57,532 bases of DNA from Bacillota bacterium (lineage in GTDB: Bacteria > Bacillota > Clostridia > Peptostreptococcales > Anaerovoracaceae), in assembly GCA_016284575.1 (NCBI GenBank), contig JAEEPD010000041.1, positions 1 to 57,532 on the forward strand, in the 5' to 3' direction. Below the pieces are notes generated by a model that did not search any database, was not told where the DNA came from, and worked only from the letters and a program-made list of their open reading frames with translations. Positions 16,594 through 25,653 of the stretch are shown here, in pieces. Both the position numbers and the translations under genes were made by a program. How positions within the stretch are numbered: the first letter of the stretch is position 1; each line of letters starts with the position of its first letter.

Positions 16594-17745
16594 TTATTCG
16601 CTTATCTCGAGACTGCTCACGTTCGGGTTCATGATGCACACGTAGCTGTGTCCCTTGCCCAGCTTAAGAGCCTCGCCGTTTTCAAGGGTGTAGCTCAGGG
16701 GATGATTGCGGTCAGACCTGCTCCACTTGATGGGCACGCTCTTGCCGCCGCAGAAATAGGTTCCCTTGCCGCTGCCCACGGTGTCGACTCTCAGACGCCC
16801 CTCGCTGTCCAGGACCTTAGTGGTGGTCTGAAGCACCAGCACGTTGGTGACACCCACCTGCTCGCCGGTGTTGCCGTCGATGTATTCGCCCCTGCTCTTG
16901 TTCACCTTGTGGTTTATCTTGTAGAGCCCGGAGTCCTTGTCGTAGACGAACTCAGTGGTCTTGTAGGCAGAGAAGTACATGACTATGTCCCCTGCGGGGC
17001 TGCCGTTTGCAGGCGTGCCGTCATCCACGAATTCCTGAGGATAGCTGTAGGATGAATCGTGCTCCAGGCGCTTGAAATAGCCCTTGCCAAGGTAGGTCAT
17101 GATCCGCTCGCCCGAAGTCATGAGAGTATGCTCAAAGGGCACTCCGGCGCTGGTCCTGCTCTTTTCTCTCCAGAAGCAGGCATCGTCCTTGGGGCCGCCC
17201 TCAACTCCGTCGATGTGGTCCATCTTCCAGCCGCGGATGTTCTTATATGCCTCATCGCTGCCGCCTGCGTGAACGTAGATGGCATCGTGGCCTGTGGCCA
17301 GCTCCGCGTAGTAGAGCCTGGCGGAGCGTATGCTGCCTATGGTCCCCACATCCTTTACGGTCTGGAACAACGCCAGCATGCGGGTGATGCCGCCTTCGGC
17401 GGGCACCTCATATATTATGTCTGCCTGGGAGACGCCCAGCTGGGGCAGAGCCTTTTCGTGGTCGTTGATCATGACGGCTATGGGCCTGAGCTTTTCATCC
17501 TCCGGCTCCATGGGCAGACCGCTTAAGGGATTGGTCCCTGCAGGGCCCTCGGGCTGAGGGGGCTCGGGAGGCTCAGGCGGTGCGGGAGGATCGTCCGGCA
17601 CCTGGGGCTTTATATCTACAGCGCTCTGGGTGGTCTCGTTTTCTCCGGGCCCCGGAGCGGGGTCTGCAGGCTCGTCCTTTCCGCTGCAGGCAGCCAGTGC
17701 AAGCAGCATGGCAATAACAAGCAATAACGAAAGAAATCTCTTCAT
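16594..17745 (-). CDS. DUF3048 (YerB-like) lipoprotein
   Basis: Lipobox LLALAAC. Pro-rich linker. NPLSGLP...RPIAVMINDHEKALPQLGVSQADIIYEVPAEGGITRMLALF is characteristic of DUF3048. Confidence 0.75.
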   Translation of the reverse strand: MKRFLSLLLVIAMLLALAACSGKDEPADPAPGPGENETTQSAVDIKPQVPDDPPAPPEPPEPPQPEGPAGTNPLSGLPMEPEDEKLRPIAVMINDHEKALPQLGVSQADIIYEVPAEGGITRMLALFQTVKDVGTIGSIRSARLYYAELATGHDAIYVHAGGSDEAYKNIRGWKMDHIDGVEGGPKDDACFWREKSRTSAGVPFEHTLMTSGERIMTYLGKGYFKRLEHDSSYSYPQEFVDDGTPANGSPAGDIVMYFSAYKTTEFVYDKDSGLYKINHKVNKSRGEYIDGNTGEQVGVTNVLVLQTTTKVLDSEGRLRVDTVGSGKGTYFCGGKSVPIKWSRSDRNHPLSYTLENGEALKLGKGHSYVCIMNPNVSSLEISE

Positions 17746-17806
17746 ATTGTTAGAATCTCCTTTTCATACCACTACATATGGTATCAATTATAAGCAAAAA
17801 GGTCAA

Positions 17807-17830
17807 GAAAAAAGAGGCATTTCTGCCTCT
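17807..17830 (-). terminator. Intrinsic terminator of the Na/Pi transporter gene
   Basis: On the minus strand: agaggca-gaaa-tgcctct followed by TTTTTT. Confidence 0.6.
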
Positions 17831-17863
17831 TTGTATGTATGTTCAGAATATAGGAACTGCGTT

Positions 17864-19702
17864 CTACTGCTCCTCCGAGATGCGGTCGATGGTCAGCTGG
17901 TCGCCGTCCTTTCCTATGTGATCCAGGCGGGACATGTACTTTCTGTTCTCTGCCTCCAGCTCGTCGTTGTAGCGGGAGTCGAAGCCGCTGCGAAGGCCGC
18001 GCACATATTCGTGCTCCATCTCAGCAGTATTGTCGCCGAAGAGGGCTATGGTGTGGAGACCCACGTTGGAGCACTGGTCAGAGATACGCTCCACATTCAC
18101 CAGCATATCCAGGAAGATGAAGCCTGAATCCACGGAGCATTCGCCGTTCTTCAGACGGTTCAGGTGAGCGTCTCTCAGGTAATCCACCAGGCGGTCCACC
18201 ACCTCTTCAACAGGCTCTATATGAAGAGCGTTTTCAAAATCGCTGTCGCAGAAGGCCTTCAGTGTGTATCCGGCTATCTCGTCAATGGCATCGTGGAGCA
18301 GGTGAAGCTCCTCCAGAGCTGAAACGGAGAAGGACGCGCCTCTTTCCCTGAGCTCCTTTGCCTTTTCGATCAGGTTCAGAGCGTGGTCGCCTATCCTTTC
18401 AAACTCGGTGACACACTTGAGATAGTAGTTGAGAAGGTCCATGTTGCGGTCAAGATTTATATGACCTGCAAGCTTTGCAAGGTATTCGCTTCCGAGGTCT
18501 GTCATACGGTCTATGTAATCCTCGGTGCGGATGACATGCTCTGCCTTGGCTTCGTCGTATTCCATCAGGCAGTCCATTGCCATGGAGGTGTTTTCAAAGG
18601 CAGCCTCAGCTATATCCTTTACGCCTCTGAAGGCGGAATCCAGAGCCAGACCGGGGGTCTTGAACAGAGCCTCATCAAAGAGGGAGAAGTCGGGACTGTA
18701 GTCCTCCTCCACAACATCGTCCTTGACGATCTTTCTGGCCAGCACCTCCAGATAGCCGCAGAAGGGGAGCAGCAGAAGGCCGCAGCTGAGCTTGAAGAAG
18801 GTGTGGATATTGGCTATGCCGCCGGAATGCAGCGGAGCAGTCCAGAAATCGCCGAAGACTCCGAAGCTCTTAAGAATCAGCACTGCGGTGAAGATGATCA
18901 CCACCTGAGCCAGATTGAACAGCACCTGTATGATGCCTGTTCTTTTCTGATCATCCTTAGCTCCTATGGAGCAGACTATGGCAGTGGTGACTGCGTCGCC
19001 CACGTAGATGCCAAGAAGTATCGAATAGATAGAGCCGAAGCTCAAAGCCCCGGTTACGGATAAGGCCTGAAGTATACCTACTGATGCAGAGGAGCTCTGG
19101 ATAAGGAAGGCCACTGCTGCGCCTGCGAGAAAGCCCAGAAGAGGATTGCCGCCAAGCCCAAGGAACAAGTCCTTGAAGGCCTGGGAGCCTGAGAGCTGGC
19201 TTACCGAGGCAGACATATTCATAAGTCCGGTAAACAGGATGCCAAAGCCCATGGCTACGCCGCCGATGGTTTTCGCATTGCTCTTTTTTGATATCATTAT
19301 GAGCAGTATTCCGATGACGGAAGCAAGCGGCGCAAGGGTCGAGGGCTTGAAGAAGTTCATGATGGAGCCGCTGCCCGCGTTCAGATCCATAAGACGGATG
19401 ATCTGAGCGGTGATGGTGGTACCCACATTGGCGCCCATTATTATTCCGAGAGACTGGTGCAGGCTTATGATGCCGGCACCCACAAGACCAGAGCACAGCA
19501 CTATGGTAGCTGTGGAGCTCTGGATGATGGCAGTAACAGCCATGCCCAGGAAAAAGCTCTTTATGGGGTTATTGGTGACCTTGTCCATGGCCTTTTTCAG
19601 GGCTCCGGTGGAGCTGCTCCGCAGTCCGTCGCCCATGATGTTCATGCCATAGAGGAAAAGCGCCAAACCTCCAAACATGGTGATGATGTCGAAAATAGTC
19701 AT
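17864..19702 (-). CDS. Na+/phosphate cotransporter family protein with PhoU-like C-terminal domain
   Basis: GGLALFLYGMNIMGDGL, QSSTATIV and QSSSASVG repeats typical of Na/Pi-cotransporter II-related proteins. The C-terminal helical region has a RIGDH-type PhoU motif (ERIGDHALN, ERISDQCSN). Confidence 0.85.
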   Translation of the reverse strand: MTIFDIITMFGGLALFLYGMNIMGDGLRSSSTGALKKAMDKVTNNPIKSFFLGMAVTAIIQSSTATIVLCSGLVGAGIISLHQSLGIIMGANVGTTITAQIIRLMDLNAGSGSIMNFFKPSTLAPLASVIGILLIMISKKSNAKTIGGVAMGFGILFTGLMNMSASVSQLSGSQAFKDLFLGLGGNPLLGFLAGAAVAFLIQSSSASVGILQALSVTGALSFGSIYSILLGIYVGDAVTTAIVCSIGAKDDQKRTGIIQVLFNLAQVVIIFTAVLILKSFGVFGDFWTAPLHSGGIANIHTFFKLSCGLLLLPFCGYLEVLARKIVKDDVVEEDYSPDFSLFDEALFKTPGLALDSAFRGVKDIAEAAFENTSMAMDCLMEYDEAKAEHVIRTEDYIDRMTDLGSEYLAKLAGHINLDRNMDLLNYYLKCVTEFERIGDHALNLIEKAKELRERGASFSVSALEELHLLHDAIDEIAGYTLKAFCDSDFENALHIEPVEEVVDRLVDYLRDAHLNRLKNGECSVDSGFIFLDMLVNVERISDQCSNVGLHTIALFGDNTAEMEHEYVRGLRSGFDSRYNDELEAENRKYMSRLDHIGKDGDQLTIDRISEEQ

Positions 19703-19926
19703 AAGAATTCCTTATGTAAATAAATAAAAAATTTATACCTCACATATATTATCACCAGACCGGAGCTCTTTCAAGATACAAAATTGTCAAAAGCTTATCA
19801 ATTTTTTGATAATATACTTTATCATAGTAAATAGTGCAAAAAAAACTACAATTTCTTCACACAAAGCCTGCGGCTTGTGGTATATTATCATGGTTGTTTA
19901 AAAATCAAAAGAGGAGAACCCCAATC

Positions 19927-20958
19927 ATGAAAAAATACAGCAAAATTGCTTCCCTCCTGCTCATCCTGGCGCTGAGCCTTGGCATGCTGGCAGGCTGCGG
20001 AGACGAAGAAGGCAGCGATTCACTTTACAGCCAGGGCCTCAACAGCGACGGCTACTACAATGTCAAGGCTTCCGACTACGTCAAGCTTGGCGACTACAGC
20101 AAGCTGACAGTGACCCAGTCTCAGATCAAGGACGCAGAGGAATCCATCCTCCACAGCTATCCCCTTACAAACCAGATCACCGACAGAGCCGCAACCTGGT
20201 TCGATACAGTCAACATCGACTATTCCGGTTCATATAACGGCGAGAAATTCGACGGGGGCACAGCCACCGGCCAGCAGGTCACCATAGGCTCAGGCCAGTA
20301 CGTCGGCGGCTTTGAGGAAGGCATCATAGGACATATGCCCGGAGAGACCTTCACCATCGATGTCACCTTCCCCGATCCCTATCCCAACAACACCGCGCTG
20401 TCCGGCGCTGTTACCCAGTTTGAGATCAAACTCAACTACATCATCGATTATCAGTATCTTGAGGAGATCACCGACGATTTTGTGAGCACCAACTTTGCAG
20501 GCTACGGCTGGAATACTAAAGACCAGCTCTTAGACTACATCAAGTACAGCACTGCATTCGAATCTCTGGCAGAGTCCTCCGAGGTCTCCGAAGTTCCCGA
20601 GGCTCTCACCGATTACTTCGTAAACACCTACATCGCGGACCAGACCCGCACAGCAGAACAGTACGGCATGACCCTTGAGGATCTGCTGAACATCTATAAC
20701 ATCAGCGAAGATGAGCTCAGAGCTGACTACCGCGAGCAGGCAGAGATGTATGCAAGAGAGGCCCTGATCCTGCAGGCAATCGCAGAGGACAGCAACGTCA
20801 AGGTCAGCAAGAAGGAGCTCAGAGACTTCTTCCTTGAGCAGACCGGAAGCAGCTACTACACAGAGCATAAGAAGAACTACGGCCTGCCCTATCTGAAGCA
20901 GTCCGTCATCAGATATAAGATAGAAAATATGCTCAAAGAGCGTATTGAAATCGAATAG
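19927..20958 (+). CDS. Lipoprotein with trigger-factor-like FKBP PPIase and C-terminal chaperone domains
   Basis: Start at MKKYSKIASLLLILALSLGMLAGC (lipobox; AGAGGAGA RBS). VNIDYSGSYNGEKFDGGTATGQQVTIGSGQYVGGFEEGIIGHMPGETF matches the trigger-factor PPIase core. The helical C-terminal half resembles the TF C-domain. No ribosome-binding N-domain is present. Confidence 0.7.
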   Translation: MKKYSKIASLLLILALSLGMLAGCGDEEGSDSLYSQGLNSDGYYNVKASDYVKLGDYSKLTVTQSQIKDAEESILHSYPLTNQITDRAATWFDTVNIDYSGSYNGEKFDGGTATGQQVTIGSGQYVGGFEEGIIGHMPGETFTIDVTFPDPYPNNTALSGAVTQFEIKLNYIIDYQYLEEITDDFVSTNFAGYGWNTKDQLLDYIKYSTAFESLAESSEVSEVPEALTDYFVNTYIADQTRTAEQYGMTLEDLLNIYNISEDELRADYREQAEMYAREALILQAIAEDSNVKVSKKELRDFFLEQTGSSYYTEHKKNYGLPYLKQSVIRYKIENMLKERIEIE

Positions 20959-21025
20959 TTTTCTATGCTAAAATAAATGGTCAGATGGCCCTCGGGCCCT
21001 ATACTACAATACGGAGGAAATAATA

Positions 21026-21304
21026 ATGGCAGACGATGTAAAGAAGAACATCGACGACGAAGCTGAATTCATTACCCTTGAGTTTGACGACGGCACAGAG
21101 GTTGAAGCCGAGATCATGGGCATCTTCGAGGTGGAGGGCAAGGAATACATTGCTCTGATCCCCGACGATGACAGCGATGACGTTTATCTCTACGGCTACA
21201 AGGAAGTAAGCGACGAGGAGTTCGAGCTCATCGACATCGAAGACGACGACGAGTTCAACAAGGTAGTTGCAGAATTCGACAAGCTGACAGAAGAAGACGA
21301 ATAA
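21026..21304 (+). CDS. DUF1292-family small acidic protein
   Basis: ITLEFDDGTEVEAEIMGIFEVEGKEYIALIP...DVYLYGY is the typical DUF1292 pattern. GGAGGAAA RBS. Confidence 0.75.
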   Translation: MADDVKKNIDDEAEFITLEFDDGTEVEAEIMGIFEVEGKEYIALIPDDDSDDVYLYGYKEVSDEEFELIDIEDDDEFNKVVAEFDKLTEEDE

Positions 21305-21313
21305 GGAGCTGAC

Positions 21314-22696
21314 ATGAAACACTACGATATCATTATCGTAGGTGCCGGCGCTTCCGGAGTGTTCATGGCTTATGAGCTCACCCGGAAGAATAACAATGCA
21401 ACAGTGCTTATGCTGGACAGAGGCGCGGCCATTGCCGAGCGCAAGTGTCCCATTCATGAAGGGAGAGTGGATCACTGCATACGCTGTAATCCTTGCCATA
21501 TCATGAACGGATACGGTGGCGCAGGAACTCTCTCAGACGGAAAGTACAATATCACCACCGAATTCGGTGGTGATTTGCATTTATATGTAGGCACCGAACA
21601 AGCCATGGAGCTCATGGAATATGTGGATGAGGTACTCTGCAGCTTCGGAGGGTCCGAGGCCAGACTCTTTTCCACCGCCAGCTCGGACCTTAAGACAAAG
21701 GCACTGCAGAACGACCTTCACCTTCTGAGCGCCAGGGTCAGACACCTGGGCACTGACAGAAACGTGGAGATACTCGGCCGCATCTACGATTACTGCAAAG
21801 ACCGCATAGACATGCGCTTCCGCACAGACGTGGATATCGTCAGCAGAGAGGCTGACGGCAGCTTCAGGGTGGTCACCGCAAAGGGCGATGAATTCTCCTG
21901 CGATAAGCTGGTTCTTGCCACCGGCCGCTCAGGCTCCAAGTGGATCTCCGAGATGTGCAGAAGGCTGGGCATCCAGACCCGCTCAAACCGCGTGGACATC
22001 GGCCTTCGGGTGGAGCTTCCCGCGGAGATATTCAGGCATATAACCGACGAGGTCTACGAAAGCAAGCTGGTATACAAGACCAAGAAGTACAACGATCTTG
22101 TGCGTACCTTCTGCATGAATCCCTACGGCGAGGTGGTCACCGAAAACACCAACGGCATTGTGACTGTCAACGGCCACAGCTATTCGGATCCCGCCCTTCA
22201 GAGCGAAAACACCAACTTCGCCCTGCTGGTCGCCAATAACTTTACGGAGCCCTTCAAGGACAGCAACGAGTACGGCGAATCCATAGCCAGGCTCTCCAAT
22301 ATGCTGGGCGGCGGCGTGCTTTTGCAGCGCTTCGGCGATCTTGTGAAGGGCCGCAGGTCCAACGAGAGCCGCATGAAAAAATGCTTCACCAGGCCCACTC
22401 TTAAGGCAACGCCGGGAGATCTGAGCCTTGTGATGCCAAAGCGTCAGCTGGATGACATCATCGAGATGGTCTATCAGCTGGACAGGATAGCCCCGGGCAC
22501 CGCCAACGAGGACACCCTGCTTTACGGCGTGGAGGTTAAATTCTATAACTCGACAGTGGAGCTCAGCGGCGATCTGGAAACGAAGATCCCCGGACTCTAC
22601 GTGCTGGGCGACGGCTCCGGAGTCACCCATTCCCTGTCACAGGCCAGCGCCTCCGGCGTTTACGTGGCCAGAAAGCTGGCAGAACAGTATTCGTAG
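21314..22696 (+). CDS. NAD(P)/FAD-dependent oxidoreductase (COG2509-like, uncharacterised)
   Basis: N-terminal dinucleotide fold YDIIIVGAGASGVFMA. C-terminal GLYVLGDGSGVTHSL motif. AAGGAG RBS. Confidence 0.75.
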   Translation: MKHYDIIIVGAGASGVFMAYELTRKNNNATVLMLDRGAAIAERKCPIHEGRVDHCIRCNPCHIMNGYGGAGTLSDGKYNITTEFGGDLHLYVGTEQAMELMEYVDEVLCSFGGSEARLFSTASSDLKTKALQNDLHLLSARVRHLGTDRNVEILGRIYDYCKDRIDMRFRTDVDIVSREADGSFRVVTAKGDEFSCDKLVLATGRSGSKWISEMCRRLGIQTRSNRVDIGLRVELPAEIFRHITDEVYESKLVYKTKKYNDLVRTFCMNPYGEVVTENTNGIVTVNGHSYSDPALQSENTNFALLVANNFTEPFKDSNEYGESIARLSNMLGGGVLLQRFGDLVKGRRSNESRMKKCFTRPTLKATPGDLSLVMPKRQLDDIIEMVYQLDRIAPGTANEDTLLYGVEVKFYNSTVELSGDLETKIPGLYVLGDGSGVTHSLSQASASGVYVARKLAEQYS

Positions 22697-22705
22697 GTCA
22701 TTACC

Positions 22706-23890
22706 ATGAACGATTTTAAAAAGAAACAGCTCGGCATGCTTATAAGGTGCTGCGTCTGCATAGGCTGCAGCATAGGCATGGTGAGCAACTGCATAGGTCT
22801 TTTCTACACTCCCATGGCTCAGGCTCTGGGTACGGGAAGAGGCCAGGTGGCTGCCATCTCCACCATCATCAGCCTTTCCTCCGCATTTTTTGCGCAGGTA
22901 GTGGCAAGGCTCATAAAAAAAGTACCCATCAACATCGTGATGGGCTTCGGATCACTGGTGGTGGTACTTGGATTTTTAGCCCTTTCCTTTGCGAAGCAGC
23001 TTCCGGTATTCTATGCCATAGCGGTATTCATGGGCGCAGGCGATATCTGCTTCAAGAGCCTTACCGTTTCCATGGTCCTGAGGAGCTGGTACGGAGAAAA
23101 GAGCGGCTCAAAGCTGGGCATATCCATGGCCCTCTCCGGCGTGGTGGCAGCAGTCATGAACCCCATACTTGGAAAGATAATAGAAGGCTACGGCTACGCC
23201 ATGGCCTTCAGAGTGCTGGCTCTCCTGATCGGAGTGCTCGCCATCCCCACCTGCTTCACCATAAGGCTCAATGAAAACGATGAGAGCGCAGCCGCTGCGA
23301 AAAAAGCTGCGGGAAGCGGTGAAAAGACCATCATTCCCTTCCTCGTTCTTGCAATCTTCACCACCCTTCCGGTGGCCATTTCCGGAGCCACGGGCATGAA
23401 CACCCACTTCTCATCCTTTGCAGTGAGTCTGGGCTACAGCCTCAGCTTCGGTGCTACACTGGTATCCTTCCAGAGCATATTCAATTCCGTCTGGAAGCTG
23501 GTGTACGGCTACATAGCTGACAGGCTGGGCTATGTAAGGACGAGCGTGGCCTACATGGGTATGAATATCATAGCCTGCCTGATCCTGCTGTTCTTCTCAG
23601 GCTCCAGGATAGCCATAATCGCAGGCACCTGCATCTATGCAGCTGCATTCTCCCTCAACACTGTGGGACTTCCCATACTGCTTCAGGGAGTGGCAAAGGA
23701 ACGGTTCGCGGAGATATTCGCCAACTGTACCATGGTTCAGACCATATTCTACGCGATGTTCACCACCCTTTTCGGGACCATAAGCGACACGGCCGGCAGC
23801 TACATGCCCTGCCTTCTGATGGTGATATGCTTCTCCGCCATCGGCATGGTGATGTTCATGGTCATAGGAAAAAGGACCCACACCGCATAG
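22706..23890 (+). CDS. MFS transporter
   Basis: 394 aa, about 12 hydrophobic helices in a 6+6 arrangement with a central hydrophilic loop (NENDESAAAAKKAAGSGEK). Confidence 0.7.
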   Translation: MNDFKKKQLGMLIRCCVCIGCSIGMVSNCIGLFYTPMAQALGTGRGQVAAISTIISLSSAFFAQVVARLIKKVPINIVMGFGSLVVVLGFLALSFAKQLPVFYAIAVFMGAGDICFKSLTVSMVLRSWYGEKSGSKLGISMALSGVVAAVMNPILGKIIEGYGYAMAFRVLALLIGVLAIPTCFTIRLNENDESAAAAKKAAGSGEKTIIPFLVLAIFTTLPVAISGATGMNTHFSSFAVSLGYSLSFGATLVSFQSIFNSVWKLVYGYIADRLGYVRTSVAYMGMNIIACLILLFFSGSRIAIIAGTCIYAAAFSLNTVGLPILLQGVAKERFAEIFANCTMVQTIFYAMFTTLFGTISDTAGSYMPCLLMVICFSAIGMVMFMVIGKRTHTA

Positions 23891-23892
23891 TG

Positions 23893-23937
23893 AAAAAAAA
23901 GAAAAAGGCAGGACCGGCGGGTCCTGTCTTTTTTATT
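23893..23937. terminator. Bidirectional intrinsic terminator
   Basis: A-run, then ggcaggacc-ggcg-ggtcctgtc hairpin, then TTTTTTATT. Lies between convergent genes. Confidence 0.65.
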
Positions 23938-23956
23938 GTCTGTAATATTTTAATGC

Positions 23957-24955
23957 TCAGTCCTGCAGCCTGTAGTGCTGTACGGCATCGTAGCGGTGGC
24001 CCACTGCCAGGTCCAGCTCACCTGCGGTAAGATCGTAGACCGCAGACCAGAGGGTGTCGCTGCGGCGCTTGCGTCCTGAGGGCTGACTCACAAGGCGCAG
24101 CACATCCATCACATCCCGCCGCTCCATGAGGCCATCGTGGTATTCCAGAAGATCCGAAACGATCTTATACCGATCCATGCCCTCGCCTTTTTTGGGGAGT
24201 CCTGAGCCCAGCCGGAAGTTGGTGACCAGGGGAGAATAAGTGATCACGGGCTCGCAATCCTCATATTCCAGCACTGCGCTTCTGCCGCTGCCGTCGGCGA
24301 ACATGAAGTGAAAATCTCTGACCCTGCTGTCTATCTGAAGGTCCTGGCTAAGGAAGATATCCAAAGCCTGGCTGAGGCTTTCGGCTTTGTCCAGCACCGT
24401 CCGCATGGCAAGGGTATTCAGAGTCTTTTTCAAGCCCCTGTCCTGCATCGTGCCCCTGCCGGGGACCACCAGAACGGAAACGAAGACGCCGTGCTCGTTC
24501 ATGCCGTCCACGCAGAGGAAAGGAAAAAGCACTGCCCTGCTCACATCAGTGATGCCGTCGGAAAGCTGGCCGGGGGTAAAGTCCAGGAAGCGGGCATTTG
24601 CCATGCCAAAGCTCTTAGTCTGACCGGGCACGCTGTTTTTAACCATGACCACCGAAAGGTCGTGCTTAAAGTCGTAATTTCTTCCCACAAGCACATGGCC
24701 TTCGCGGTTCTTTACAGTGAAGACCGTGCAGCCGCCTTCGGGCTCGGAAAGCTCCGCGGGAGCCTTAAGAAGCAGCTCCGAGAGCCGCTTCCTGAGGCTG
24801 CCATAGTCGCTCCAGCTGTCCTTAATGACCTCCTCCAGCCTGTAATCCGCCCGGTTTTCCATGGCATAGAAAGTACCGTCGCCATAGACATCTGCGATGC
24901 TTTCGACGGTCCTCTTCTGCGCTTCATTAAGGATGAACTGTGCGGGATTTGGCAT
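23957..24955 (-). CDS. Ntn-hydrolase of the choloylglycine hydrolase / linear amide C-N hydrolase type with a long N-terminal extension
   Basis: GGCTVFTV...GRNYDF...MNEHGVFVSV pattern (nucleophile Cys, oxyanion/Asp region, NExG motif). The Cys is at residue 76, not residue 2. Confidence 0.6.
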   Translation of the reverse strand: MPNPAQFILNEAQKRTVESIADVYGDGTFYAMENRADYRLEEVIKDSWSDYGSLRKRLSELLLKAPAELSEPEGGCTVFTVKNREGHVLVGRNYDFKHDLSVVMVKNSVPGQTKSFGMANARFLDFTPGQLSDGITDVSRAVLFPFLCVDGMNEHGVFVSVLVVPGRGTMQDRGLKKTLNTLAMRTVLDKAESLSQALDIFLSQDLQIDSRVRDFHFMFADGSGRSAVLEYEDCEPVITYSPLVTNFRLGSGLPKKGEGMDRYKIVSDLLEYHDGLMERRDVMDVLRLVSQPSGRKRRSDTLWSAVYDLTAGELDLAVGHRYDAVQHYRLQD

Positions 24956-24978
24956 TGCGCTGCCCTTCTTTAACGCCC

Positions 24979-25569
24979 TTAGGGCCTGAACTCGTGGTAT
25001 TTTTCGCCTGTGAGAAGGTCATACCAGCTGAAGGCGCCGTCCTCATAGATCATGTAGCTGTGACGGCTGCCGCCCTTGGGTATGGAGACTGAGCCTGGGT
25101 TGAGATATACGAAGCTGCCGTGATCCGCGTCCTTTGGCACATGGGTGTGACCGCAGAGCATTATCTCGCCCATGCCCAGGGGCATGGGGCGGCTTTCATC
25201 GAAGTGATGACCGTGGTGTGCAAACACGGTGATGATGCGCTCATCCTTCTTGGAATCGCTCCCATCTGCGGGAGCCTCGAGGGTTATGACCGCGTACTCC
25301 GCCATTATGGGGAACTCCAGCACCATCTGGTCCACCTCGGAATCGCAGTTGCCGCGCACCGCAAGTATGCGGTCCTTGTACTCGTTGAGCATGGCAAAAA
25401 CCTGCTTCACCTCGTAGCCATCGGGCAGATCGTTGCGGGCACCGTGGTATAGCAGATCCCCAAGAAGCAGCAGCTTCTCAGAGCCGCTCCTCTCAAAAGC
25501 CTCCAGCATCAGCCTGCAGAATCTGGCCGAGCCATGTATGTCAGATGCAATAAAAAGTTTTTTCATCAT
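24979..25569 (-). CDS. YfcE-type metallophosphoesterase (phosphodiesterase)
   Basis: KLFIASDIHGS, LLLGDLLYHG, RGNCD and GHTH motifs of the MJ0936/YfcE calcineurin-like family. Confidence 0.8.
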   Translation of the reverse strand: MMKKLFIASDIHGSARFCRLMLEAFERSGSEKLLLLGDLLYHGARNDLPDGYEVKQVFAMLNEYKDRILAVRGNCDSEVDQMVLEFPIMAEYAVITLEAPADGSDSKKDERIITVFAHHGHHFDESRPMPLGMGEIMLCGHTHVPKDADHGSFVYLNPGSVSIPKGGSRHSYMIYEDGAFSWYDLLTGEKYHEFRP

Positions 25570-25653
25570 TTCCCCTCGCATGAATGCTTTATGAATAATA
25601 ACATAAACACAGCGCTAAATAAACAGTGAGAAACTTGTTAAGCCTGATGCAGA

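Noticed and set aside
19834-19926. Upstream extension of the trigger-factor-like ORF (MQKKLQFLHTKPAACG...).
   Set aside because: It starts at a non-ATG codon with no RBS. The internal ATG at 19927 has AGAGGAGA upstream and yields a textbook lipoprotein signal peptide.
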